From: Adineta vaga
Lineage: Eukaryota; Animalia; Rotifera
Direction: 5' to 3'
Length of the DNA: 64,000 nt
NCBI GenBank assembly: GCA_021613535.1
Contig: CP075495.1
Location: 7,812,001-7,876,000, forward strand
Shown here: one piece after another, positions 13,740 through 25,898 of the stretch
How the letters are laid out: every line of letters begins with the position of its first letter
Numbering within the stretch: the first letter of the stretch is position 1
The notes under the pieces: model-generated
What the model was told of the DNA's origin: nothing
Seen by the model: the letters and a program-made list of their open reading frames with translations, nothing else
The model's database searches: none
Program-made: the position numbers and the translations under genes

Positions 13740-14823
13740 ATGGCAAGTTCTCATGCAAAAAGTGAACCGATGGATACAGCTACATCCGCTGATACATCTG
13801 ATTTTGATCCTGTAAATTTGGAATCAGAAATAGTTCAATTATGTTTACAATTTCCAAATGGTGTTACTGATAAAATTCTCGAAAACTCATTTCGTAGTGC
13901 AACCATTCAACAACGTGTTAGTGCACTCAATCGTTTATTATCATTGAATAAAATTGATTTATTAAAATCCGCAACTGAACCAGGCACATTTCTCTATCGT
14001 ATACGAGATACAACTGGTACATCAGGTTCATCAATATCTGTTGGTGGTGGAGCAACTGATCAAATGGAACGTGTTGTCTATCAATTAGTAAAAGAAAGTG
14101 GAACTCTAGGAATTTGGATGCGTGATATACGGATAAAAACGAAATTATCTCAAACAATTTTGAATAAAACATTGAAATCATTAGAAAGTAAAAAATTAAT
14201 TAAAGCTGTCAAATCAGTGCATGCAAGTAAAAAGAAGGTATGTATTGATGACATAAAAGTCCTTTCTGATTTTATTGAAAAGATAAAAATTAAAATCTTC
14301 GTTCATTTTGTCGTAGGTGTATATGTTGTATGAAATGACACCCGATCCTTCGATTACTGGTGGTACTTGGTATTCTGATCATGAATTTGAAGCAGAATTT
14401 GTTCGCGTATTAAACGAACAATGTGCTCGACTATTAGACGAACGATTAGAAGAATCAATGAAAAAATTTCCGAATGATCCTTTCATTCGACGAAACAGTT
14501 CATTCGTGTCCAGTAATGAACTTGTTACACTTATTAATGAAATGGGTATTGCTACAGTGTCATTAACTGTACAAGATATTGAATCAATATTAAATACACT
14601 TATTTATGATGGAAAAATTGAGAAAACAACAGTAGCATCAACAACAACTGTTGCTGAAAATGGTGCTAAACAGAATTTATATAGATCTGTTGCGTCCATA
14701 CTTGAATCGTCACCTGTTGTAAGAAATCCATGTGGAATTTGTCCAGTTTTTAAAGATTGTCATGATGATGGTTTGATTACACCTAAAACATGTATTTATT
14801 TAAATAAATGGTTGGATTTTTGA
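13740..14823 (+). CDS. POLR3F: RNA polymerase III subunit RPC6 (RPC34/RPC39)
   Basis: GIWMRDIR, LKSLESKKLIKAVKSV.ASKKK|VYMLY..PDPSITGGTWY and the C-terminal Fe-S Cys motif PCGICPVFKDC...PKTCIY. One intron at about 14238-14316. Confidence 0.95.
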
Positions 14824-14998
14824 TATATACGTATGTAATATTTAAGCCAGAAACTGTCAATTTTATTCATGATAAGAATTGAAAACGAAATATTCCTATC
14901 GAATTATTACTATACACTTTATGATTAAATTGCATTGCAAGAATAAAACTGCGTTCTTTATTGTAGTAGATATGATTAACACAAGAAAATATGAATCT

Positions 14999-16377
14999 TT
15001 AAGAATTTAGTGCATGAATACTTTTCACTGTTTCGATTGCTGCTTCAATGCATCCTTCGAAATTAGATTCCTTTGCGAAACTATCACCAGCAAGCAATAA
15101 CAATGGTTCTTTGTTGAGTAGAATATAGCCCGGTTTATCTGGATAAGATTGAATGATCTGTATCAGAAACAAATTACTAATCGTATTTGTATGATATAAT
15201 TTTAAAGATTCATTACTTGTGAATACTTCCATTTATGATATTTTGTATTACAAGTTTCACGTGGAAGTTCAGGTAAAAATTGGAAGATTTTTTCTTTAAT
15301 TTCTTCTCCAACGATCATCTTATCATCATCCGTATGTTTTGCACCATATTCCACACTTGTATGAGCAATCAATGAAAATGGTGGTTCATCTAAAATTAGT
15401 TTTACGAGCAATTATTATAGAAAAATCAATAACAAACTTTTATTTCGTTTTGCATTATCAATAGCAAGAAAACGAAGATATTCATTATCATTTTTATCCA
15501 CATAATAAATACGCCATGGCATATTAAGATTTATTATTGATTTGGGATAGAAAAGACCAACAGCAAATCGAGTAGAATATTTCACTTGAGAGAGTTTATT
15601 CTTAACTTCTTGATTTTGATCTTTTAAAATAAAGAATTTCTTGATAAGAAAGAATACTATTATTTGTAGGACAGTGTAAATATATACCTATCAATTGAGT
15701 TATAGAACCTTTCAAATGAGAAAGTATTTGTGGTACTGGTATAGTTACAATAACTGCTTCAACTTCATCTAGTTGCTCTTCATTTGTCGATATTATAAGT
15801 CTATCATTTTTTGCATTGAAATCGATCTTTGTGATATGTTTCGAAAGATTCATTTCCACAACTATAATAATTATTGTATGAATGTCTATTTATATGAGGT
15901 GAACAACCTGCTTGTTCGAAAAAATATCGTACGACAGATGATATTCCACGTGATGCAACATAATCAATTTTATCTGCATTTTCACGTATTCCAATAGTAT
16001 TTGTTTTGTCAAGCGGTTCAATAATATGATCATCAATTAGTTGTTGAAAATATCTATTATCAATATTTATTTATTTTTCAATAATTAGTACAATTTACTT
16101 TGTTGTAATACCATTTGATTTAGTTAATGTTAAATATTGAGCACCTGTATCGACTGAACAATGTGGATTATCTTCATTGTCATAGGTGGTTGTCATTCGA
16201 CCACCTTCAATCGAGAGGGAATGGAATTTATAAAAACCTTAGAAATAATTCACAATTTTTACCGATGTTTCGAGCTTTATCAAAAACAACAAGTTTAATT
16301 CCTGGACCGAATTGACGACGAAGTAAAAGTGATATTAATGCACTTGATATACCAGCTCCAATTAATGCGATCCTCAT
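14999..16377 (-). CDS. RNLS: Renalase (FAD-dependent oxidoreductase)
   Basis: MRIALIGAGISS (GxGxxG-like), FDKARNIG|GRMTT, DTGAQY, VIVTIPVPQIL, YSTRFAVGLFY, HKWKYSQ and AGDSF..SNFEGCIEAA. Multi-exon. Confidence 0.88.
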
Positions 16378-17665
16378 CTTTATTTTATTATTGTCTATTC
16401 AACAAGTAATTCAAATGATTGTATTATAAACAAATATTATAAGTACACCTAACATCGAAATAAATTACATTCACGAATCGCCATATTTCATCAAATGCAC
16501 TTAGCCCTGTTTGTGAAGAAGGAATGAATAGATGACGTTAATTGTTAACATAATGTAACATATATGTGTCACAAATACGGTTTAATTTCATTTCATGATC
16601 TTCTATGAGTGTATAACGATTTTATCATTTATATTTACTGATAATTGAATTAGTTTGAAGAATATTTGCTCACATATGAATATATTTGATTCTAAGATAT
16701 TATAATAAGAAAATAAAAATATCAATGCTATGAATACTTGATTATTTGACATGTATTAGAGAGTAAATAACTGATAATGGTTGATTAATTGAAGCAAAGC
16801 CCAGCAAAAATTATTACAAGATGTTTTTTTACTTTTATTTTGATTTAAGTGCATAAATATGAGAAAATTAGATATTTTAATTTTTAATACCTTGAACAGT
16901 TTTTTTGATGGATCTCTATTTAATTATTCTTCTAAAGTATGTTTCTGTCTTTCCAAAACAGTTTTGAACGAGCTCGAAGCACTATCAATACATTGCTGAC
17001 TGAAAGAATGCAAGAACTAATACAAAATGTGAATGAATTCGTTCATAAGATACTTTAAGTAAATTTGTTAAACGGTAAAACTTTTTTCAATTTATTATTT
17101 TAGTTTCGCAAAAAAGTCTTTATATTAGGAAGAGAAATTGTGTAGGAAAGATCATGTGATAATAAACTTCTCTCACTAAGTATTAAAATATTTTGAATGT
17201 GTGTTAAATAGAGACAAGCAAATATTTGTTTCTTTTTCCATTGCTCAATCATACTGCATTGCATGTTTTTTTTTCTTAAACTTGAAAGTGTATCAACCAT
17301 TATTCTTATGTAAGGTAGTGCGGGGTAAAGAAAGCTAAGAATATTTGATCGTTAAATAAACAACTGTACGACATAAAATAAAAATAATATCAACAATATT
17401 GTGATTTGTCTTTGGTCTCAACTAACAAATAGTGACAACGACAATCAGTTTCTCATGAATTCTAACGGATACTAATAGCATTTAGCAGAAGACAGTGTGA
17501 ATATAAATATAATCTTTGTTGATTATTAACAAATAAAGAATATTTAATAAAGTAAACAATTCATTTCATATATTTTATTTGATTAAAAATTAAAAAATTA
17601 CAAGAAAAAAGTAAAGTTCAAATTGAGAAGACTATTATAGAAAATCAAACTAAAAAACGGCTTGG

Positions 17666-17840
17666 TTATAGTGAAAAACTACCGAATAATATGATACTGA
17701 AAAGTTCCTTTGGAGCCATTGCCTTGATGGTCTCGATCGATTTCTGAAAAGAAGAAGAGAAAGAAAAAATACAATGGTAACAACTATCTTCAGAATAAGA
17801 TTTTGTCTAACTTTCAAATAGCGACTAAAAATACACTTAC
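17666..17840 (-). other. Putative terminal intron (17744-17840) and last exon of a minus-strand transcript crossing the array
   Basis: Strong donor GTAAGT at 17840 and strong acceptor tctcttcttcttttcAG at 17744. The exon reads KSIETIKAMAPKELFSIILFGSFSL* in phase 0. A minus-strand AATAAA lies at 17574-17579. Confidence 0.45.
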
Positions 17841-18399
17841 TTTATTACTGACACATTCAACTATTCAGCTAACTCAATAAAGATATTGATGACGTTGAAT
17901 ATTGGCTCATAAGTAAAGAAAATTGAACAGGTAATGTTCAAGTACTGTTCAAATGCTCCACCACGACGCAATAAAATATTTTTTACTAAAATACGACGTG
18001 AGGACACACAGCGTATGAATGAAAAAGTTACATAACTGTTCATATATTTCGTTATATTCAAAGCGCAAATAAATAGTTTGAAGAACTCGTTGGCATGAAA
18101 TTGTTAAATACAATAAACAAATGGTTATCTCAAATATTTTGCTTTGTTTTATGATAATATGACTAATTGATGGAGTCATACGCAGAATAAACGATATATG
18201 AATTACTCAAAACACAATCATTTTCTACTATAAGGTAATGGTAAACGACAGAAGAATATCGCAGTAAATGATACAATATGAAATCATCAGTGAACAAGCA
18301 ACAAAAATATTGCATTCAAATATAGTATTATAGTTAGCATGAAATAGTATTAAAAATTGATAAATAAAAACAAACGGTAGATGAATAGATTACAGAAGA

Positions 18400-20170
18400 A
18401 TAGTATTCAAATATTGCACTGTAATCAATATTGGATTATTATTTAACTTCAGAGTGCCGAAACACCTGATAGACAAATATATCATACCAGAACAGTAATC
18501 AAATATTGCACTGCAGACTACATTACACAAGTATCCGTGCCGGGAGTTTTGAAACAAATGATAAACAAATAACTCACAGTAGAATGATATTCAAATATTG
18601 CACTACAGACAACATTAGACAGCTATGCAAGTTAGCCGTTTTAAAACAAACAGTAGACAAATAACTTATAAGAAAACAGTATTCAAGTATTGTACTGTAG
18701 ACAACATTATACAACTATCCCTATTAGCCGTTCTAAAACAAATAGTAGACAAATATCTCATATAAGAACAGCGTTCATATATTGCACTACAAACAACATT
18801 AGACAACTGTCCGTGTCGCAACTTTTGAAGCAAATAATAAACAAATAACTCACATCAGAACATTATTCAAATGTTGCACTACAAACTACATTAGGCAACC
18901 ATCTGTGTCAGCAGTTTTGAAACAAATAATAAGCCAATAACTTACAGCAGAGCACTATTCAAATATTACATTTCAGACAACATGAGATAACTATCCGTGT
19001 CGGGAGTTTTGAAACAAATAAGAAGCCACTAACTCACAACAGAACACTATTCAAATATTGCACAGCAGATATCATTAGACAACTATTCGTGTAAACCGTT
19101 TCAAAACAAACAGTAGACAAATAACTCACATCAGAACACTATTCAAATATTACACTGCAGACAAAATCAGATAATTAGTCAACTGAGTATTTTCAAAACA
19201 GTTGGTAGACGAGGAACTCATACCAGAACAGTATTCAGATGTTGCATTACAGATAAGATCAGATAAATATCCGTATTATGAACTTTGAAACAAGTGATAG
19301 ACAAATAAATTCTATTATAGCAGTATTCAAATATTGCACTATCGACAGCATCAGATAATTATTCAAGTTCACAGTGTCAAAATAAACAGTAAATAAATAA
19401 ATCGCAGGAGAACAGCATTCATATACTATGCATTACAAACAACATCGGAAAGTTACTCCATATTACAGTTTCAAAACAAATGCTATACAAATAACTCACA
19501 TTAGAACATTATTCAGATATTTCACTGCAGGCAACATCAAACAACTATTCAAGCTAGCCGTTTCAAAACAAATGATAGACAAATGACTCATAACAAAACC
19601 GTATTCAAATATTGTGCTGTAGACAACATCAGATAATCATTTAATTTCACAATTTCAAAACAACCAATAAACAAATAAATCGCAGCAGAACCGCATTCAT
19701 ATACTATGCATTAGAAACCACATCGGAAAGTTAGTCGACATTACGGTTTCAAAACAAAGGATAGACAAATAATCCATATGAAAACAGCATTCATATATTG
19801 CACTGCAGAGAAAGTGAAATAATTAGTCGACTTCACATTTTCAAAACAGTTAATAGACGAGTAGCTCATATCAGAACAGTATTCAGATATCGCACCAGAA
19901 GCAACATCAAATAATTATTCGATATAGCATTTGAAAAATAAACAATACACAAATAACTTCTATTATGGTAGTATTTAAATATTGCATTGTGGACAGCATT
20001 AGATATTTATTCGATTTTATAGTATAAAAACAGGTGGTAGACGACAACTCTCCATAAAAATAGTATTCATATATTTCACTACAAATAAAAATAGAATTGT
20101 TAGTATTAGGGTTATTCTGGAAACACACAATACAAGTTGAGCTGACAAGAAGATTGTATTCATATTTGCT
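18400..20170. repeat. Homogenised 92-bp sub-array (about 20 copies)
   Basis: Consensus approximately tattcaaatattgcactgcagacaacattagacaactatccgtgtcggcagttttgaaacaaatagtagacaaataactcacatcagaacag. Confidence 0.92.
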
Positions 20171-21634
20171 GTTGAAATCAACTGCAGAATTGTCTCACAA
20201 ACTAGATTCTTGAAAAACAAACGTCGATAGTATATTATTAACAATTATTATATTCATTACTTTTTCTCAGCTGTAGCCCACATTCAGTTTCGAGAGAGAC
20301 ATGGACAATCATATGACATATGAAGAATTCATACTTGAGTTACGTTCAAATATGTTAATTAAAACAATCTCAACTTTTCATTATGAGTCAAACAAATGTA
20401 AACAAGCTTTGAATGAATAAAACGATTTAGAATTACAATCATATACTCTACGTGATGCAGAAGAACATATGAAATAGCTGCACAAATGACATGTATAAGA
20501 TGGTGGAACAATCTGAACAACTAATCAATTTAAATATTGTGCGCATTTCGAAGTATCATTTTGTTTCTATGCATTAACTAAGCATATAAATAATGAATGA
20601 ATAACTCTTATTAATAATGTCTTTGAATATTACAGTATCTTCACAATAAAATATTGAACCGATCAGAGAATTGAAAAACAAATGATAAGAGGATGATGCC
20701 TACTAGCCTCTCGTTCGATTATTGTATTGGAATCGACATTCGATGTAGATATCAAACATGATAATTTAAAAAGAAATGAGAAAGAAATGATTTTCACCAG
20801 AAGTATATTCAAATAATGTGCTACAGTCTGTGATCGAATACTTTATACTCTACATAACTAGAAAGCAAACTAGAAAGAAATGAGTTACACCATGACTCTA
20901 TTCGTATAAGATATGAAAATACTGCTTCTGTTTGCCATGCAGATCAAACACTTTATGAATACGTGACACATGAATAGAACTCCTGCCAGGATTGTTTTCA
21001 AATATTACATCGAATTCTATATCAGATATATCTTGCACATCAAATGATTAAAAACCAAATGTTCAAGGAACATGACAGACAATTATTTCATTCAGCAATT
21101 TTCCTCAGTTATAGTTGACAAAGAAGTTTAACGAAGATGTCGATAATCAGATAGTAACTATATATGTTACATCTTTGATACGCCCAGATATGTTATTCGA
21201 CACAATGGTGCATCTCTATTCTCTATCGTACAAATACAATGAACTGTCAAATGAATGAAACGATTGAGTATTGTATTCACATACGTTACTTTATTTGAAA
21301 GAACTTACAGACTTTTTGCAACGAATGATGAATATAAAAATACTGAACTGCACGAACAAATGTTGGATACATATATTTTATTCACTTGTGAATGAGACCT
21401 CGGATCTCTGAATGGATATGAAAAGGAAACGATGAACGAATAAATCATAGAGAAATCTTCGGATATATTATGAAAATCGACTTTAAATGTACGTCACATC
21501 GGATGATTAAAGTCAGTGTAACACAGGAATAACTCAAAACACAACTTTGTTCATGTATTGAAACGAAATCACTATGAAATAGCTTCGAGATTCGATAGTT
21601 CGAAGATATATAACGAGGAAACAACTCATAGAAA

Positions 21635-22405
21635 GATCTTATTTAAATATAATAGGAAAATCATTGTTGCAGATATCTCACACATCAGATCACTCAGAAT
21701 AACATTACAAAGAAACTACTCATACGAGTATCTTATTCAAATATGATAGGCAAATCGATATTGTAGATATCTCACAGATCAGACCACTCAGAACAACATC
21801 AGAAAGAAACAACTTTTAGAAAGATCTTGTTTAAATATGATAGTCAAGTCGATGTTACAGATATCTCACACATCAGATCACTCTGAACAACATCAGAAAG
21901 AAACAACTTTTAGAAAGATCTTATTTAAATATGATAGTGAAGTCGATGTTGCAGATGTTTCAGACATCAGATCACTCAGAATAACATTAGAAGGAAACTA
22001 CTCGTACGATGATCTTATTCAAATATGATAGGCAAATCGATGTTACAGATATCTCGCACGTCAGACCATTCTGAACAACATCAGAAAGAAACTAATTATA
22101 TTAGGATCTTGTTTGCATAAGATAGTCAAATCGATGTTGTAGATGTCTCACACATCAGACCACTCTGAACAACATCAGAAAGAAACTACTTATATTAGGA
22201 TCTTGTTTGAATATGATAGTCAAGTCGATGTTGCAGATATCTCACACATCAGATCACTCAGAATAACATTACAAAGAAACTACTCATATGAGAATCTTAT
22301 TCAAATATGATAGTCAAATCGATATTGTAGATATCTCACAGATCAGATCACTCAGAACAACATCAGAAAGAAACAATTTATATTAGGATCTTATTCAAAT
22401 ATTAC
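21635..22405. repeat. Homogenised 94-bp sub-array (about 8 copies) with 282-bp higher-order structure
   Basis: Unit tcttattcaaatatgatagtcaaatcgatgttgcagatatctcacacatcagatcactcagaacaacatcagaaagaaac. The variant gaataacatta...aaactactc recurs in the units at 21643, 21925 and 22207. Confidence 0.92.
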
Positions 22406-24185
22406 ACATAACTGTGCATTACGAATTTAGTAAATTAGTTTTTTCGAACAGAAGTGTTTGACGATTAATTCTAACAACGATTATATTTAACAACCTTGTG
22501 TAGTTTATGATTATAAAATAGGTTGTATCTCTACGTATAAAGAATGACAGTATACGATCAATTAAGACGATAACTGCATTCAAATATTTACTGCAATTCA
22601 TACATTAGATCTCAGCCATAGAAGATATTGAAAAATCGAAAGAAAAATGAATATGTTACACCAAGTTTGTATTCAAATACTTTCTTCAACTCGAAGTGAT
22701 AGCATTTTGAAAATGAATTATTTAATGGCTATCATTCAGAATACGATCTACTAAGTATCTGTTTGAATATTTTCAGGAATCTCAAATTCATATTCGGATG
22801 CAACTACATGATCTAACGGAACACAAAAGTCAGATAGCATGGACAATAGTTATAATCAAATATGATGAATATTCTAATAAAAATTCCAGGTATAGAATAT
22901 TCGAGCAGAGATCTGCCATTTAATGAACTGTGAAAACACTAGTTCTGTCTAAATTTAGTGTAAAAATCTGTAAAAGTTCTTTTTATGTTTGCTACGAATA
23001 ATATCTACAAAGATTGCGAATATTCGTTTGATAATACTATTCAGTAATACTGAGTTGTTTAAAGAAATGATTCTGGATGATATAATCAATGGACAACTCG
23101 TCACAGTCGAATATATCATACGGTTATGAAGTTGTTCAAAAAACTTAGTAGCTTGAAAAAACAACAATCCAAATTATGATATCAATATCCTTTACATAAA
23201 CACATAATAGTTCAAAACAATATATTATTCAGGAAACTGATTCACCTGAAGCTAAGGAAAGAGAATTTTATGTTTGGTAGATACATCGAAAACGAATGCT
23301 TTGAAATAGAATTTGATCAACATATTGTATGTAAATTAACGGAGAACTGTCAACTATCCCAAATGAATGTCTCTTGAATAGTATATGAACTATTCAAACA
23401 CAAAATCTGTTCAAATATTGATATTTTATTTAAACATGAGCAAATTAACAGGCATTATATATAAAATTGTATGTTGTACAAATAGGTTCATTTCCAAAAT
23501 ATATTCATATACTTGATTTTAGAGCAAGCAACAATAATTGCTCGTATGAATATCATAAAATGATCGATGATGAATAGAATATACCAACGTTCTGATCTGT
23601 TATTAGTATGGCACTCTATCATGAAAACTACACCACTAGTATCTCTCGCAAAACATAGTGTTCTTGAACGGATAACAGTATAATTCTATTCGAGTATTCG
23701 GGTTTTGAACAAGTAAGATTAACCACAAATATATGTAATATGTATAATGCAATAATCGGTCATGAATAAGGTATAAGAAAGCTTTGATCGGTTACTTCTG
23801 AGACAATCTGGTGCAGAAACACTAGTTTCGATATCTTTGCTAAGTGCATTACCTGTGAATGGTTAGCATTACAGTTTTGTTCAAATATGTGTGAGAAAAC
23901 GAAATTTTATAACAACAATTATTATGTTGTCAGTAACTATCTAGACAATGTACGACGGGCAAAACATTGTTCAATATATACGTCGAAATGAAAGTAGTGT
24001 TTTATTTCTAATATCGAATTAGTACACCTGAGACAAATGACTAATTCACACAAATTTTCAATCCTAATATCGTATAATTGAAAGCAAACACCGATTGAAC
24101 TTGTTATCTGGTATGGAAACGAATAGTGTATGAACTATTTCAAACGAATTACTATTCGAATATTTATGCAATGATTTTTTACATT

Positions 24186-24401
24186 TCATAGTGCAAAATT
24201 GACCACTGATATCTGACTGAAAAACGAACAGATTTTGTCACGCTTCTGGAAGTTTCCTTGAAGTAGTGATTTCAAACGAGCAATACGACGTTGGAAGCTA
24301 CTGGTCTCTTCAGAATCTTCATCCGAGTGGAAGCCATTGCAAGTTGTTGCAAGAACCATCATGCATAAAGTAATGCCAAGTATTGTAATATTGTTGACCA
24401 T
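24186..24401 (-). CDS. Secreted prepropeptide (signal peptide, acidic pro-region, dibasic KR site, short mature peptide), 71 aa
   Basis: MVNNITILGITLCMMVLATTCNG-FHSDEDSEETSSFQRRIARLKSLLQGNFQ-KR-DKICSFFSQISVVNFAL*. An upstream acceptor tttttcattttAG lies at 24422 and candidate donors at about 24845 and 24995 indicate 5'UTR exon(s). Confidence 0.65.
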   Translation of the reverse strand: MVNNITILGITLCMMVLATTCNGFHSDEDSEETSSFQRRIARLKSLLQGNFQKRDKICSFFSQISVVNFAL

Positions 24402-25506
24402 CTTGTGCTTTTCAATAATATCTAAAATGAAAAACAAGCAGAGATCAATAATAAGAAAACGAATAGAAAATATGTATTGTATGTTGTTTGAAAACAGCTA
24501 GTTAAATACACAAGTTAAACCGAGAGAGATAAAATATAAATCCAGGACACAGTTGAATTAATAGGCCAATGAAAGAAATACATCGTCTTTGTCGTCAATA
24601 CAAAACATAGCTTCCATTGTATGGGGTATAAACTATACTCATCCATGTGCTACCTATACCTACACAGAAATACTTTCTACCATTATATCTCATACATCTC
24701 TTATTTTCTCTCTCACATATTTTGTTGACGTGTTAAGCTTCGTCAAGGTTTTGTTTTGCTCTTTACTCAACGATTACTAGTTCGAAGTATAAATAACTCA
24801 AAAAATAATTATAAAGGATAGATAAACAGATTCTTCATATAATACCTTTCACAATGTATGTACACAGAGAATGCAAAATTAAACGCAAAAAATATGCTTG
24901 TCAAATTTTTTGTTGCAACAAAGAGCCGATATACGTTTTGATGATGAAAAACATGAATCAATCAAACGTTAACAAGCAACGTGGTGTTTATTTACCTGTC
25001 CGTATACAGAAGAAAAACAGAAAAAAATGAATATTTTTTCCTTATATACATAATCGACGCAAAACTAAAATAAAAAATCTATAGAAAGAATATGTTGTTC
25101 AGATGATACATAACTGAAACAATAATTTTCATTCACAATATACTCTTCAACAGACTTTTTTTTAGGCACGCCATCACGAAGTTTGTTCTCTTTATTCAAA
25201 AACGAAAGCGTAAATAAAGTTGTTCATTTCACATTCCTTGATTTTAAAAAAATTATTTATGTTCTGTAGTGGTAGAAAAGTCATTAGTTTATAAAGAAAG
25301 AAGAATTTAACAAAAAACTCTACTAATTTATTTCGTTTCACTTTCGTTACCCATTTTGTTGAAATTATTTCAAAACTATTATGCAAGCAATGATCTCTAA
25401 CGAGCAAAAAGAATAAAATGTCATTAGATTCTTTGTCAACAAAGTGCTCTGCTCTATCAAACGAAACGCAAGAAAACGAAAGAACGAATTAAAAAAGCCT
25501 GTTTAT

Positions 25507-25898
25507 CAGAGCTCGGACGAGTATTTCTGATATACTTGAACTAAACAGGCTTTATTTATATTAGAGTTTCGTTTTGAGGACGATCTATTAGATTCATTAG
25601 ATGCAGCTTTTTAACTTCTACAAAATGACTAGGGTCACATATTCGCATTGTCTTTGCAATCGATGATAATTTGTAAATAATGAAGAAAATACTTGTACTT
25701 GTCAAGTACAAGTATATTTCATGGTTTTTCGATTGTTTTTACTTAGTTAAATTAGAAGTGGACAATGTGATCCCAGCCATTTTGTATAAGTTAAAAAGCG
25801 GCATCGAATGAATCTAATGGATTGTCCTCAAAACCAAATTATAATAGAAATAAAGCCTGTTTAGTTCAAGTACATCAGAAATACTCGTCCGAGCTCTG
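25507..25898. mobile_element. Non-autonomous hAT-like MITE / foldback element (392 bp)
   Basis: Long imperfect terminal inverted repeats begin CAGAGCTCGGACGAGTATTTCTGAT and end ATCAGAAATACTCGTCCGAGCTCTG. Exact 8-bp TSD CTGTTTAT at 25499-25506 and 25899-25906. Central palindrome tacttgtacttg-t-caagtacaagta. Confidence 0.9.

Larger units (their letters stand above)
17850..24165. repeat. ~6.3-kb tandem array, ~92-94-bp period, about 69 units, anchored by a TATTCAAATAT-like motif
   Basis: Hand-indexed anchors (second T of TTC): 18407, 18499, 18591, 18683, 18775, 18867, 18959, 19051, 19143, 19235, 19327, 19419 (exactly 92 apart); 21643-22395 (exactly 94 apart); degenerate in-phase copies extend out to 17857 and 24156. 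Confidence 0.8.

Noticed and set aside
18400-19810. miR-92-family cluster (TATTGCAC seed present in many 92-bp units)
   Set aside because: I could not find a complementary arm forming a pre-miRNA hairpin, and the seed is absent from the other units.
18400-22405. CRISPR-like array (regular spacing, GTTTTGAAAC/GTTTCAAAAC motifs)
   Set aside because: The inter-anchor sequences are homologous to each other rather than unique spacers, there are no cas genes, and the context is eukaryotic.
18400-22405. Array as a 31-aa coding repeat (e.g. FKYCTADNIRQLSVSAVLKQIVDK, ORFs 21558-21746 and 21837-22028)
   Set aside because: Periods of 92 and 94 bp shift the frame in every unit and stops are frequent on both strands. 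A coding ancestry cannot be excluded.
17850-24165. tRNA/SINE, SECIS or SL-RNA gene array (TTCAAAT resembles a T-loop/B-box)
   Set aside because: No A-box, cloverleaf, consistent SECIS helix or recognisable SL exon/Sm site.
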